Origin: Alphaproteobacteria bacterium
GTDB lineage: Bacteria; Pseudomonadota; Alphaproteobacteria; MPNO01
NCBI GenBank assembly: GCA_964291675.2
Contig: OZ219865.1
Coordinates: forward strand, 32,001 to 96,000
DNA: 64,000 nucleotides
Direction: 5' to 3'
The position numbers and the translations under genes were made by a program. The notes below the pieces were generated by a model, which ran no database searches, was not told where the DNA came from, and saw nothing but the letters and a program-made list of their open reading frames with translations. Below, piece by piece: positions 28,425-38,067 of this stretch (within the stretch, counting starts at the first letter, position 1; each line of letters starts with the position of its first letter).

Positions 28425-28852
28425 ATGCCGACCGCCGGGAAGTCGCCCGTGATCCCGACGATGCGCTACCGCGACGCCCCCGCCGCCATCGACTGGCTGT
28501 GCCGGGTGTTGGGCTTCGCCCGGCACCTGGTGGTGCCCGGCGAGGACGGCACGATCGCCCACGCCCAGCTCGTCCTCGGCTGCGGCATGATCATGCTCGG
28601 CAGCGTCGCGACGACGCGCACGGGCGGCTGATGGCGGTGCCGGGGCCGAACGGCGCCAACACGCAAGCCGCCTGCCTCGTGGTCGACGACGTGGAAGCGG
28701 TCCACCAGCGGGCGCTCGCCGCCGGGGCGGAGATCGTAACGCCGCTCGAAAACCCGGAATACGGCGGCAGCTTCTTCGCCTGCCGCGACCCCGAGGGCCA
28801 TGTGTGGAATATCGGCTCCTACGACCCGTGGGCGGATCACGAGGGAAAGTGA
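28425..28852 (+). pseudogene. VOC/glyoxalase-bleomycin resistance family gene with a single frameshift
   Basis: N-half (YRDAPAAIDWL...HAQL...IMLGS) in ORF 28425..28631, C-half (VDDVEAVHQRA...YGGSFFACRDPEGHVW) in ORF 28499..28852; one base missing near 28605-28610. Confidence 0.8.
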
Positions 28853-28882
28853 TCGGTGATGACCCGGCGGCACCGAACCTAT

Positions 28883-28897
28883 GTTCGAATTCCGTTC
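28883..28897 (+). promoter_or_regulatory. Candidate alphaproteobacterial LexA (SOS) box GTTC-N7-GTTC
   Basis: GTTCGAATTCCGTTC in the intergenic region about 110 bp upstream of the ATPase start. Confidence 0.5.
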
Positions 28898-29005
28898 TGC
28901 TTCTTCGCGCCGTGGACGCTAGAGAGGTCCGGGCGATCGAATACAGTAGACGAATAACGGGATACCGTATTCGAATGACAAAAGTTCCGCTGGACCGGTT
29001 CTGAA

Positions 29006-30163
29006 ATGGTGGATCGCATACAGGCGAAGAATATCGGACCGGTGCGCGAAGCCGATATCCGTTTTGGCGACCTCACGATATTCGTCGGGCCGCAGGCGAC
29101 GGGAAAGAGCATTTTCCTTCAGCTGCTCAAGCTGTTGGTCGACAGACCGTCGATCCACGCCACGATGCGGCATTTCGGCCTTGCACAGCCGGGCGATGCG
29201 GAAGGTTTCTTCGATCTGTATTTCGGCGAGGGAATGGCGTCGATCTGGCGTAGGTCGAAGAGTCGTTTGGTCCTGGGGAAGGCGAGGAAGCAGACAGACC
29301 TGGCTACCTATGCGCGCCCGGGCAAGTCCAACAAAGCGGAATCGATGTTCTACATCCCTGCACAGCGGGTGATGAGCCTGCGCGACGGGATGACCCGTCC
29401 CTTCACCGACTATCGGGCGGGCGATCCCTTCGTCCTGCGCGACTTCAGCGACAAGCTGCACTGGATCGTGCAATCCGAGATCGGTCTCGACGAGGATGTG
29501 TTTCCGCGCCCGAACCGTTTGGCCGCGGTGCTGCGGAGACCGCTCGAAGAGCACATTTTCGGAGGGTTCGGGCTGCGCACGGATACCTCTGCGCACCAAC
29601 GCCGCCTCGTTCTGAAGTCGGGCCACGGCCGTCCCTTGCCTTATCTCGTGTGGTCGGCTGGGCAACGCGAATTCGTTCCGCTGCTGCTGGGCCTCTACTG
29701 GCTGTTGCCGCCGGGAAAAGCGCCCCGCCGACAGGAACTCGAATGGGTCGTGATCGAGGAACCGGAAACCGGACTGCATCCGAACGGCATCGGCGCGGTC
29801 CTGAACTTCGTCATGGAACTACGGATGCGCGGATACCGCGTCTGCCTTTCCACGCATTCTCCCCATGTCCTCGACATCGTCTGGGCGCTCCGCTTCATGC
29901 AGGACAACGCCGGAATGACGAACGATGTCCTGAGACTTCTGGGCCTCCGCTCGGCAGCGAAGACCCGGCAACTCGCAGACGAAGTGCTTAAGAGCGATTT
30001 CAAGACCTACTATTTCGCGCGAAGCGGGACTGTGCACGATATTTCCGACCTCGATCCGGGCGCGGAAGACATCGCCGAGGGCGGATGGGGCGGGCTCACC
30101 GAGTTCTCCGGCCGGGTGGGCGATATCGTCGCCGAAGTCGCCAACCGCAACGGCGCCTCATGA
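29006..30163 (+). CDS. ABC-type ATPase of the AAA_15/AAA_21 (AbiEii-like) class
   Basis: NIGP, Walker A GPQATGKS, FYIPAQR, signature WSAGQRE, Walker B/D-loop VVIEEPETGLHP, H-loop STHSP; no TM partner. Confidence 0.88.
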   Translation: MVDRIQAKNIGPVREADIRFGDLTIFVGPQATGKSIFLQLLKLLVDRPSIHATMRHFGLAQPGDAEGFFDLYFGEGMASIWRRSKSRLVLGKARKQTDLATYARPGKSNKAESMFYIPAQRVMSLRDGMTRPFTDYRAGDPFVLRDFSDKLHWIVQSEIGLDEDVFPRPNRLAAVLRRPLEEHIFGGFGLRTDTSAHQRRLVLKSGHGRPLPYLVWSAGQREFVPLLLGLYWLLPPGKAPRRQELEWVVIEEPETGLHPNGIGAVLNFVMELRMRGYRVCLSTHSPHVLDIVWALRFMQDNAGMTNDVLRLLGLRSAAKTRQLADEVLKSDFKTYYFARSGTVHDISDLDPGAEDIAEGGWGGLTEFSGRVGDIVAEVANRNGAS

Positions 30164-30639
30164 CCTTCCAACAGGCTGTCGAGGCCGCGTCCGATCCGGT
30201 GAGCGGCAATTTTCGTCCGGGCAAACAGGCCCTGACGAACCAGCACCGAAGACTGGTGACTTGCGCCGATCCGCAACGGCTGACGGGTAGCATCGATCTC
30301 GACGCCGCGCTTGCTGCGGAACGGGCCTACGCTGGCGACCCACGGTGGGACTACGGCCTCGGCTATAGGCCAGTGACAGGACGGGAACAGGCAATATGGG
30401 TCGAAGTCCACTCCGCGACGACAGGCGAAGTTTCGGCGGTCCTCAATAAGCTGCGATGGCTGAAGGACTGGCTAAACGGAGAAGCCGAACAGCTAAGGCG
30501 GCTAACCGACCGGACCGGCGAAGACGTTCGCTATGTGTGGATCGCGAGCGCAGGCGTGAAGATCACAAAGAATTCTCCGCAAGCCAGGAGGCTCAGCCAG
30601 AGCGGCCTTCGTTTGGCGAAAGATCTGGCCTTGCCTTAG
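30160..30639 (+). CDS. Hypothetical 159-aa partner of the ATPase, possible PD-(D/E)XK-like nuclease
   Basis: ATGA overlap with the ATPase stop; PRWDYGLGY...AIWVEVH pattern. Confidence 0.7.
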   Translation: MTFQQAVEAASDPVSGNFRPGKQALTNQHRRLVTCADPQRLTGSIDLDAALAAERAYAGDPRWDYGLGYRPVTGREQAIWVEVHSATTGEVSAVLNKLRWLKDWLNGEAEQLRRLTDRTGEDVRYVWIASAGVKITKNSPQARRLSQSGLRLAKDLALP

Positions 30640-30701
30640 CCATAGCCGGTGAGCGCGTAGGCCGGGACCGCCGGAGCGGCCCCGGCCGGATGCGCGAGCG
30701 C

Positions 30702-31196
30702 TCAGCGCCGGTAGCGGCCGCGCTTGGACAGCAGGTCGTCGATCCTTGCGCGCTGTTCGTCGTTGAGCTTGCCGTAGAGGTCGACGAAGGCGGGGCGGAC
30801 CTCCTGGACCACGCCGAGCGCGGTGACGAGCGCGAGCTCGGCGCGGGCGAGGTGCTGCGGCGCCTGGGCGGGGCGGCCCTCGGCGGCGACGGTCTCGCAG
30901 GCCTCGCCGATCCTGGCGCTGCCGCTCCTGACCGCGCCGGTCAGCGCCTGCCACGGCCCGGCCTGGTCGGGGGTGAAGTCGACGAACGCCTCGACGAAGC
31001 GGATCGTATCGTCGATCCGTGCGTCGCGGCTTGCGCTGCAGATCCGCGACTCCGCATGGCCGCTCCAGCCGTGCCCGCCGCCGCGCCAGCCCCCGTGGGC
31101 GAAGGCGCCGCCCGGCCCGGCGGCGAACAGGGTGACGGCGACCAGCGCGACGGCGCCGAGCGACGATATCGAGACGATCAGGGTTCGGCGTTTCAT
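30702..31196 (-). CDS. Spy/CpxP (LTXXQ) family periplasmic protein
   Basis: Signal peptide, Gly/His-rich linker, FTPDQ and LNDEQRARID motifs; divergent from a two-component system. Confidence 0.82.
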   Translation of the reverse strand: MKRRTLIVSISSLGAVALVAVTLFAAGPGGAFAHGGWRGGGHGWSGHAESRICSASRDARIDDTIRFVEAFVDFTPDQAGPWQALTGAVRSGSARIGEACETVAAEGRPAQAPQHLARAELALVTALGVVQEVRPAFVDLYGKLNDEQRARIDDLLSKRGRYRR

Positions 31197-31366
31197 GGCT
31201 TCGATCCTTTTTCGGTTGCATCGACCGCACCGATATGGCGCCGCCCGTTTGCCCGCGTGTTTCGCCGGAGGGGAAGATTTGTAACGAAGCGTTGCAGGTC
31301 GCCGTGCGGCAACGCCCGGTTACGAATTTCCGCCGCCCCGCCACGGGGCGCCCCTATAGTCCGCCG

Positions 31367-32083
31367 ATGGCCGCGCCGCCCCACATCCTCATCGTCGACG
31401 ACGACCGCGAAATCCGCGACCTCACCGGGCGCTATCTCAGGAAGAACGGTTTCCGGGTGGACAGCGCATCCGACGCGAAGGCGATGGACCGGCTGCTGCG
31501 CGACGGCCGCTTCGACCTGATCGTGCTCGACCTGATGCTGCCGGGCGAGGACGGGCTGTCGATCTGCCGCCGGCTGCGGGCCGCGACCCGTACCCCGATC
31601 CTCATGCTGACCGCGGTGGCCGAGGACACCGACCGCATCGTCGGGTTGGAGATGGGCGCCGACGACTACCTCACCAAGCCGTTCAACCCGCGCGAGCTGC
31701 TGGCCCGCATCCGCGCGGTGCTGCGCCGCTCGGACGGGCAGGGAGCGGTGCGGGAGCCGGAAGAGGGCGCGCTGGTCTTCGCCGGGTGGCGGCTCGATCC
31801 CGCGCGGCGCGAGCTGCGCGACCCGGACGGGGTTCTGGTCGCGCTCACGGCGGGCGAGTTCGACCTGCTGGCGGCGCTCGCCGAACGCCCGCGGCGGGTG
31901 CTGTCGCGCGACCGGCTGCTCGACCTCACGAGGGGGCGCGACGCCCAGCCCTTCGACCGCAGCATCGACGTGCAAGTCAGCCGGCTGCGGCGCAAGATCG
32001 AGCCCGACCCGAAGCAGCCGCAATTCATCAAGACCGTGCGCTCGGGCGGCTACGTCTTCACCCTGGAGGTGGAGCGGCGATGA
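31367..32083 (+). CDS. OmpR-family response regulator
   Basis: ILIVDDD, VLDLMLPGEDG, GADDYLTKPF, DRSIDVQVSRLRRKIE, TVRSGGY. Confidence 0.95.
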   Translation: MAAPPHILIVDDDREIRDLTGRYLRKNGFRVDSASDAKAMDRLLRDGRFDLIVLDLMLPGEDGLSICRRLRAATRTPILMLTAVAEDTDRIVGLEMGADDYLTKPFNPRELLARIRAVLRRSDGQGAVREPEEGALVFAGWRLDPARRELRDPDGVLVALTAGEFDLLAALAERPRRVLSRDRLLDLTRGRDAQPFDRSIDVQVSRLRRKIEPDPKQPQFIKTVRSGGYVFTLEVERR

Positions 32084-33474
32084 CCGGCGCCGTCGCGCGC
32101 GGGCTGCGCCGTCTGTGGCCCGACACCGTGGCGGCGCGCATCGCGGTGATCCTGATGCTGGCGCTGTTCGCCTTTCTCGCGCTCAGCATGCTCGCCTATG
32201 TCCGCGACCGGGCCGATGCGACGCTCCACCTGTTCGCCCATTCGGTGGCCGAGCGGATCGTCGCGACCGTGCGGCTGATGGAGGAGACGCCGGCCGCCGG
32301 CCGCGAGCGGCTGCTCGCATCCATCGACAGCCCGACGCTCGGCGTCGCGCTGTCCCCGGAGCGGCCGTCATTCCCCGCCTCAGAGCCGGGCGTGGAGAGT
32401 TTCGTGCGCCAGCATCTCGTGCCGGTGCTGGCGGGGCGGGAGCTCGTGGTTTCCATCCCCGAAGCCCGTCGCTGGCGCAGGGACCGGCGGCGCGGCGAGG
32501 CCGGACCCGATCTGCTGCCGAGCCGCCGCAAGGCGGTCATCGCGGTCGGGCTCGGCGACGGATCGTGGGCGGTGTTCACCGCCGCGACCGAGATGACCTC
32601 GCTCCGCTGGGCGGCGCGGATGGCGGGCTGGGTGGTGGCCGGCGGGCTGTTCGTGGTGCTGTTCGCCGCCTGGGTCTCGCGCCGGGTGACCCGGCCGGTG
32701 CGCCGCTTCTCCGACGCCGCCGACCGGATCGGCCGCGACCTGTTCGCCGCGCCGCCTCTGCCCGAGACCGGATCGCCCGAGCTGCGCCGCGCCGCGCATA
32801 CCTTCAACCGCATGCAGGACCGGCTGCGGCGGCTGGTCGAGGACCGCACGCTGATGCTGGCCGCGATCTCGCACGATCTCAGGACCGCGCTCACCCGGCT
32901 CCGGCTCCGCGTCGAGTTCATCGGCGACGACGCCCAGCGCGCCCGCGCCGAGGGCGACGTGGCGGAGATGCGGGCGATGCTGGAAGCGACGCTTGCCTTC
33001 GCGCGCGGCGAGGCGGAGGAGGAGGCGCATCGCCCGGTCGACCTCGCATCGCTGGCGCAGACGCTGTGCGACAACGCGGCCGATGCCGGCGGCATCGCGC
33101 GCTATGGCGGGCCGGACCGCCTGGTGCTGAGCTGTCCGCCGGCGGCGATCCGCCGCGCGCTCGCCAATCTGATCGACAACGCCATCGCCTATGGCGGCGA
33201 GGCGGATGTCCGGCTCGCCGAGGACGAACGCGCCGTCCGCATCGCCGTCGCCGACCGCGGTCCCGGCATCCCGGAGGCCGAGCGCGAGACCGTGTTCCAG
33301 CCCTTCCGCCGGCTGGAGGCCTCGCGCAGCCGCGAAACCGGCGGCACCGGGCTCGGCCTCTCCATCGCGCGCAGCGCGGTCAGGCGCTGCGGCGGCGACA
33401 TCGCCCTCGGCGACCGGCAAGGCGGCGGTCTCGAAGCCGTCGTGACCCTGCCCAAGCCGGATGCCGGGCGCTGA
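32080..33474 (+). CDS. EnvZ-like HAMP sensor histidine kinase
   Basis: Two TM helices, AISHDLRT H-box, NLIDNA, DRGPGIP, GGTGLGL; ATGA overlap with the regulator. Confidence 0.93.
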   Translation: MTGAVARGLRRLWPDTVAARIAVILMLALFAFLALSMLAYVRDRADATLHLFAHSVAERIVATVRLMEETPAAGRERLLASIDSPTLGVALSPERPSFPASEPGVESFVRQHLVPVLAGRELVVSIPEARRWRRDRRRGEAGPDLLPSRRKAVIAVGLGDGSWAVFTAATEMTSLRWAARMAGWVVAGGLFVVLFAAWVSRRVTRPVRRFSDAADRIGRDLFAAPPLPETGSPELRRAAHTFNRMQDRLRRLVEDRTLMLAAISHDLRTALTRLRLRVEFIGDDAQRARAEGDVAEMRAMLEATLAFARGEAEEEAHRPVDLASLAQTLCDNAADAGGIARYGGPDRLVLSCPPAAIRRALANLIDNAIAYGGEADVRLAEDERAVRIAVADRGPGIPEAERETVFQPFRRLEASRSRETGGTGLGLSIARSAVRRCGGDIALGDRQGGGLEAVVTLPKPDAGR

Positions 33475-33482
33475 CGCGCGCG

Positions 33483-34346
33483 CTACTTCTCCGCCGCGAT
33501 CGGGTTGGACAGCACGCCGATGCCCTCGATCTCGATCTCGCAGGTATCGCCGGGCTTCATGAAGATCGGCGGCTTGCGCACGAAGCCGACGCCGGCGGGC
33601 GTGCCGGTGACGATGATGTCGCCGGATTCGAGGGAGAAGATCTTGCTGCACTCGTTGACCAGCGTCGCCACGTCGAAAATCATCGACGAGGTGGTCGCGG
33701 ATTGCAGCGTCTCGCCGTTCAGCCGCGCCTCGATCTTCAGCCCCTTGGCGCCCTTGTTGGGCAGCTCGTCGGGGGTGACGATCTCCGGGCCGAACGAGCC
33801 CGATGCGTCGAAGCTCTTGCCGATCATCCACTGCGAGGTCTTCATCTGGTAGTCGCGGATCGACCCCTCGTTGGCGACCGAGTAGCCGGCGACGTGGTCG
33901 AGCGCGCGCGCCTTGGCGATGCGGCGGCCGGGCTTGCCGATCACCGCGACGAGCTCGGCCTCGTAGTCGTGGTGCCTGGACGCCTTGGGCCGCAGGATTG
34001 GCTGGCCGTGGCCGACCAGCGAGGCCGGGGTGCGCAGGAACAGCACCGGGTATTCGGGCGGCTTCATGCCGGCCTCGGCCGCGTGGTCGCTGTAGTTGAG
34101 CCCGACGCAGATCACCTTGCCCGGGTTGGGGACCGGCGGCAGGTAGCTGACCCGCCGCTTGATCGAGCCTTCCGGCGGCTTGCGGGCCGCCCGCGCGGCC
34201 CTCGCCAGCGCCCTGTCGCCGCCCGCCAGCAGACCGATCATGTCCCGCGGCAGGCTCTCGTCCGCGACCGAGAGATCGACGATGCCCCCGTCGGTGTGCA
34301 CGCCAATCGCGCTGCCGCGGCCCTTCTTGAAAGTCACCAAACGCAT
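33483..34346 (-). CDS. Fumarylacetoacetate hydrolase family protein
   Basis: Start MRLVTF; KVICVGLNY, DYEAEL, NEGSIRDYQ, GDIIVTGTPAGVG. Confidence 0.92.
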   Translation of the reverse strand: MRLVTFKKGRGSAIGVHTDGGIVDLSVADESLPRDMIGLLAGGDRALARAARAARKPPEGSIKRRVSYLPPVPNPGKVICVGLNYSDHAAEAGMKPPEYPVLFLRTPASLVGHGQPILRPKASRHHDYEAELVAVIGKPGRRIAKARALDHVAGYSVANEGSIRDYQMKTSQWMIGKSFDASGSFGPEIVTPDELPNKGAKGLKIEARLNGETLQSATTSSMIFDVATLVNECSKIFSLESGDIIVTGTPAGVGFVRKPPIFMKPGDTCEIEIEGIGVLSNPIAAEK

Positions 34347-34390
34347 AGGTCTCTCCTCGCAGTTGCGCCGGATGCCGCAACGGCAGCCGG

Positions 34391-35095
34391 CTAGTTCTCG
34401 GGATCCCCGTCGGTGAGGTAATCCCACATCCGCTCGAAAATCCGGCCCGTGCCGGTCGCCCGCGCCCGGGCGTCGTCGAGCGGTATCTCGACCGGTTCGG
34501 CGTTGCCGCCGACCGCCAGCACGGCAAGCTCGGTGCGCGCGGCCTCCTCCAGATAGAAGGCCATCACGATGCTCTCCTCGACCGTGGCCCCGGTCAGGAT
34601 CGCGCCGTTGCCGCGCATGACGACCGCCCGCGACGGGCCCAGGCAGTCCGCGAGCCGCGCCGCCGCCTCGTCCGAGCGCAGCAGCGCCGGGTCGTCCCAC
34701 AGCGCCGGTCCGGGCGCGAAGTAGCAGCCGAAGCCGTGCCGCGCGCGCGGCACCAGACGGAAGGCCGAGAGCGTCATGGTCTCGCGCAAGAAGGTGCGGC
34801 AGATGCCGTTCACGTCCGCGCGGCGGCGGTAGATCTGCTGGTGGCAGCGCACCTCGCCGAGCACGCCGTCGGGCAGCGCGCCCTCGATCGGCACCACCGA
34901 TCCCGGCTCGCCCGGGCCGATGAGCCCCATCGGCTTCGCCGCGCAGACCAGGAAGCGGTCGCCGTCGAGCCGGGCGCTGACATGGCCGTAGGCGTGGCCG
35001 AGACCGTGCCTCGCGAGCGCCCGCGCCGCCTTGCGCACGCGGATCTGCGTCGCTTCCAGCGGCTCGCCGATGCTGCCGAATTCGGTCTCAGCCAA
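34391..35095 (-). CDS. Class II aldolase/adducin-fold protein (CmtD-like ring-cleavage product decarboxylase)
   Basis: HAYGHVSAR, GVLGEVRCHQQIYRRR, VMRGNGA, IFERMWDYLT; downstream of extradiol dioxygenase. Confidence 0.78.
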   Translation of the reverse strand: MAETEFGSIGEPLEATQIRVRKAARALARHGLGHAYGHVSARLDGDRFLVCAAKPMGLIGPGEPGSVVPIEGALPDGVLGEVRCHQQIYRRRADVNGICRTFLRETMTLSAFRLVPRARHGFGCYFAPGPALWDDPALLRSDEAAARLADCLGPSRAVVMRGNGAILTGATVEESIVMAFYLEEAARTELAVLAVGGNAEPVEIPLDDARARATGTGRIFERMWDYLTDGDPEN

Positions 35096-35131
35096 GAAGC
35101 GCCCTCGCGCCGGATCTGCGACCGCCGGGGA

Positions 35132-35986
35132 TCAGCTCTGGAACTCCGCGATGTCCGGCTTCGAGCCCCACATGCAGAGCGAGGAATCGTCGAACGGGAA
35201 TTGCCGCGGCCGGTAGTCCGGGTCCTCGATCAGCCGCACCCCGTGGGAGTATTCGTAGACCATCCGGTCCGGCCCCTCGAAATAGAGGAAGCGGGCGCCC
35301 GAGGTCGGATGGCGGCCGGGGCCGAAGACGATCCGCACCTGGCGTTCGGTCAGGAAGTAATGCGAGCGCATGATGTCGTCGACGCTCTCGACCTGGAAGT
35401 TGATGTGCTGCACCCCGGCCTCCCTCGCCGGGAACAGGGCGAGGCGGTGATGCACCTTGTCGAAGGACATCAGCGCCGCATCGCCGATCCAGTCATTGGC
35501 GCGGATGTTGAAATGCGCCGTCCAGAACGCCTCGTCGCGCGGCGCGTCGGTGGTCTTGAGCCCGACATGGGAGAATTCCTGGATGCCCGCGTCGCGGCCC
35601 GGGAAGTAGCGTATGCCGCTGTGGAACGGGCGCAGCACGAGGTCGATGCTGTTGCCGGTCGGGTCGCGGAAATTGACGTAATCCGTCACCCGGCGGCGGG
35701 CCGCGTCCTGCGGCGAGCCGCGGGTGACCGCCACCCCGGCGGCGCCGAGCTCGGCGGCGGCACGATCCAGCATCTCGGCGTTCCCCACCTCGAAGCCGAG
35801 GGTGTGGTCGTCGGGCGCGCCGTCGAAATAGCAGATGTTGTGGTCCCGGTCGTCGCCGCGCACATAGGCCGCGCCGTTGTCACGCCGCACCAGCTCGAGG
35901 CCCAGCGTCTCGGTCGCGAACCTCACCGCCGCGTCGATGTCGCCCGTGCCCAGGCGCACATACCGGATGTCGACGAGCTCGATCAT
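35132..35986 (-). CDS. VOC-fold extradiol dioxygenase (CmtC/2,3-dihydroxybenzoate 3,4-dioxygenase-like)
   Basis: IRYVRLGT, FSHVGL, HHRLALFP, QHINFQV, FGPGRHPTSGARFLYFEGPD..VYEYS. Confidence 0.85.
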   Translation of the reverse strand: MIELVDIRYVRLGTGDIDAAVRFATETLGLELVRRDNGAAYVRGDDRDHNICYFDGAPDDHTLGFEVGNAEMLDRAAAELGAAGVAVTRGSPQDAARRRVTDYVNFRDPTGNSIDLVLRPFHSGIRYFPGRDAGIQEFSHVGLKTTDAPRDEAFWTAHFNIRANDWIGDAALMSFDKVHHRLALFPAREAGVQHINFQVESVDDIMRSHYFLTERQVRIVFGPGRHPTSGARFLYFEGPDRMVYEYSHGVRLIEDPDYRPRQFPFDDSSLCMWGSKPDIAEFQS

Positions 35987-36070
35987 GGATCACCTCGCAA
36001 TGCGGCGCTTCTCGCGGACGTCGCCATGATACCCGCGCCCCTTCAGCGTTCAATCCGCTCGGCGCCCGCC

Positions 36071-37204
36071 CTAGACCAGGCGCACCACCTCCCCCGACCC
36101 GGTCCTGCCGAAGCGCCTGAGGAAGCCGAGGGTCGACAGCGTCGGCTCGTCGCTGACGACGAACAGGATCGCGTCCTCGCTGTCCGAGCCGTTGACGTGC
36201 TCGAACCAGGAATTGCCGGGCACGGCGATGGCGTCGAACCGCTGCCAGTCGAGCCGTTCGCCGTCGACGATGGAATGGCCGCTGCCCTCGAAGGGGAAGC
36301 AGACCAGGCTCGCGTTCTGGCGCTGCGCCCGGGTGCGCTCGCCGGGGCGGAGCAGCTGGCCGAAGAAGGTCATGGTGGGGTAGGGGGGCCGGCCCGTCGT
36401 CGGGTCGATATATTCCACCGAGATCGCGTCATACGGGCTGCCCTCGTGGTCGCGGAACTTCTCCAGCAGCTCGCGCGTCGCGTCCCAGCGATAGACATAC
36501 ATCGGCGACGAGCGCCCGGCGCCGCGGCCGTGGTCGACGAAGCGCGGCAGCAGGCCGCCCGTGCCGTAGACCCGCGACGAGTGGTCGTCGGCGAAGCGGG
36601 CCGTCTGCTCGCTCTTCGCGACGCCGTCCTCCTCGTAGCGGTGCTCGAAGCCGGCGGCGTTCAAGACCTCGGTCAGCGGCAGGTCGAGCACGCTGACATT
36701 GACCGCGAAATCGTCGCCGTGGTTGCCGTGGTTGTGCCATGCATCCGCCGGGGTCAGCACCAGGTCGCCCGGGCCGAAGACGATGTCCTCGCCCTCGACG
36801 CCGGTAAAATTGCTGGCGCCCGTCAGCCCGATCCGCACCGCGTTGATCGAGTGCCGGTGCGGCGGCATGATCTCGCGCGGGTCGTTGAGCCGGTAGGCGG
36901 TATAGAGCGTGGTGACCGTCGCCCGCACCGGGGCGAGGCCGGGATTGACCAGGACCACCGAGCGGCGCTCGGAATCGTCCATCGTGATCAACTCGGCCGC
37001 TTCATAGAGAATCGGCTCGATATCTTCGTATTTCCAGACATAGGGCCGCGCCTTCCCGGCCTTCAGGATCTGCGCGTCCTCGTCGTTGTCGGTATCGGTG
37101 CGGACCGCCCAGTAGGGCGCCATGTCGTGCGCGTCGAGCCGCTGGTAAAGCGCATCGAGGCGCGCGTCCCGGTTGGAGCCGGTTGCCGGTTCTGCGGTGG
37201 CCAT
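36071..37204 (-). CDS. Bicupin, gentisate 1,2-dioxygenase-like
   Basis: ERRSVVLVNPGL, PPHRHSINAVR, GDLVLTPADAWHNHGN, LDLPL, QLLRPGE. Confidence 0.85.
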   Translation of the reverse strand: MATAEPATGSNRDARLDALYQRLDAHDMAPYWAVRTDTDNDEDAQILKAGKARPYVWKYEDIEPILYEAAELITMDDSERRSVVLVNPGLAPVRATVTTLYTAYRLNDPREIMPPHRHSINAVRIGLTGASNFTGVEGEDIVFGPGDLVLTPADAWHNHGNHGDDFAVNVSVLDLPLTEVLNAAGFEHRYEEDGVAKSEQTARFADDHSSRVYGTGGLLPRFVDHGRGAGRSSPMYVYRWDATRELLEKFRDHEGSPYDAISVEYIDPTTGRPPYPTMTFFGQLLRPGERTRAQRQNASLVCFPFEGSGHSIVDGERLDWQRFDAIAVPGNSWFEHVNGSDSEDAILFVVSDEPTLSTLGFLRRFGRTGSGEVVRLV

Positions 37205-37245
37205 GGCTTCTCCTCCCAGCCTGTGTTCGCTTGCGGACCCGCGCG

Positions 37246-38067
37246 TCAGACCGCGGTCTCGTGGCGCTCCACGCAGACCGCGACCACCTCGTCGGGGTCG
37301 CGCTTCCACCAGTTGTCGGCGGAGAATATCTCGACTTCGTTCATGCCGTCATAGCCCGCCCGCTCGACCAGCCCGCGGATGCGCGGGATGTCCACCACCC
37401 CGTCGCCCATCATCCCCCGGTCGAACACGCGGTCCCTGGTGTCGGCGAGCCAGTCGTTGACGTGGAAGGCGAGGATGCGCCGGCCGGCGCGGGCGATCTC
37501 CTCGTCGAGCGCCGGGTCCCACCAGACGTGGTAGACGTCCACCGCCACGCCCACCCCCTCGCCGAGCGCATCGCAGAGATCGTTGGCGAGCCTGAGCGTG
37601 GTCACGCAGCCGCGGTCGGCGCAGGTCATCGGGTGCATCGGCTCGATGGCGAGCGCCACCCCGGCGGCGCGCGCCGCCGGCAGGATCGCGGCGATGCCGT
37701 CGGCCACCCGGGCGCGGGCGCCGACGAGGTCCTTCGAGCCCGGCGCCAGCCCGCCCGCGACCAGGACCAGGGCGCGCGCGCCGATCGCCGCGGCCTCCTC
37801 GACGGCCCTCAGATTGTCGTCGATTGCGGCTTGCCAGCCCGACCCGTCCGCGCCGCCGAACATGCCGCCCCGGCACAGCCCGGTGACCGTCATCCCGTGA
37901 TCGCCGAGCAGGGAGACGGCATCGGCGACGCCGCATTCGGCGAGCTTGTCGCGCCACACCGAGATGCCGCGCACGCCGTGGCGCGCGTAGCCCTCGACGG
38001 CCTCGCGCAGGGTCCACTGGTCGCGCGTGGTGACCTGGTTGATCGCGAGCTTCTCGATGCCCGGCAT
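37246..38067 (-). CDS. Sugar phosphate isomerase/epimerase (xylose isomerase-like TIM barrel)
   Basis: LAIEPMHPM, DVYHVWWD, FHVNDW, RGMMGDG, EVEIF. Confidence 0.88.
   Translation of the reverse strand: MPGIEKLAINQVTTRDQWTLREAVEGYARHGVRGISVWRDKLAECGVADAVSLLGDHGMTVTGLCRGGMFGGADGSGWQAAIDDNLRAVEEAAAIGARALVLVAGGLAPGSKDLVGARARVADGIAAILPAARAAGVALAIEPMHPMTCADRGCVTTLRLANDLCDALGEGVGVAVDVYHVWWDPALDEEIARAGRRILAFHVNDWLADTRDRVFDRGMMGDGVVDIPRIRGLVERAGYDGMNEVEIFSADNWWKRDPDEVVAVCVERHETAV

Noticed and set aside
29006-30639. Naming the ATPase pair as PARIS, Septu or a retron
   Set aside because: No TOPRIM or HNH motif in the partner and no reverse transcriptase nearby, so it is left unassigned.
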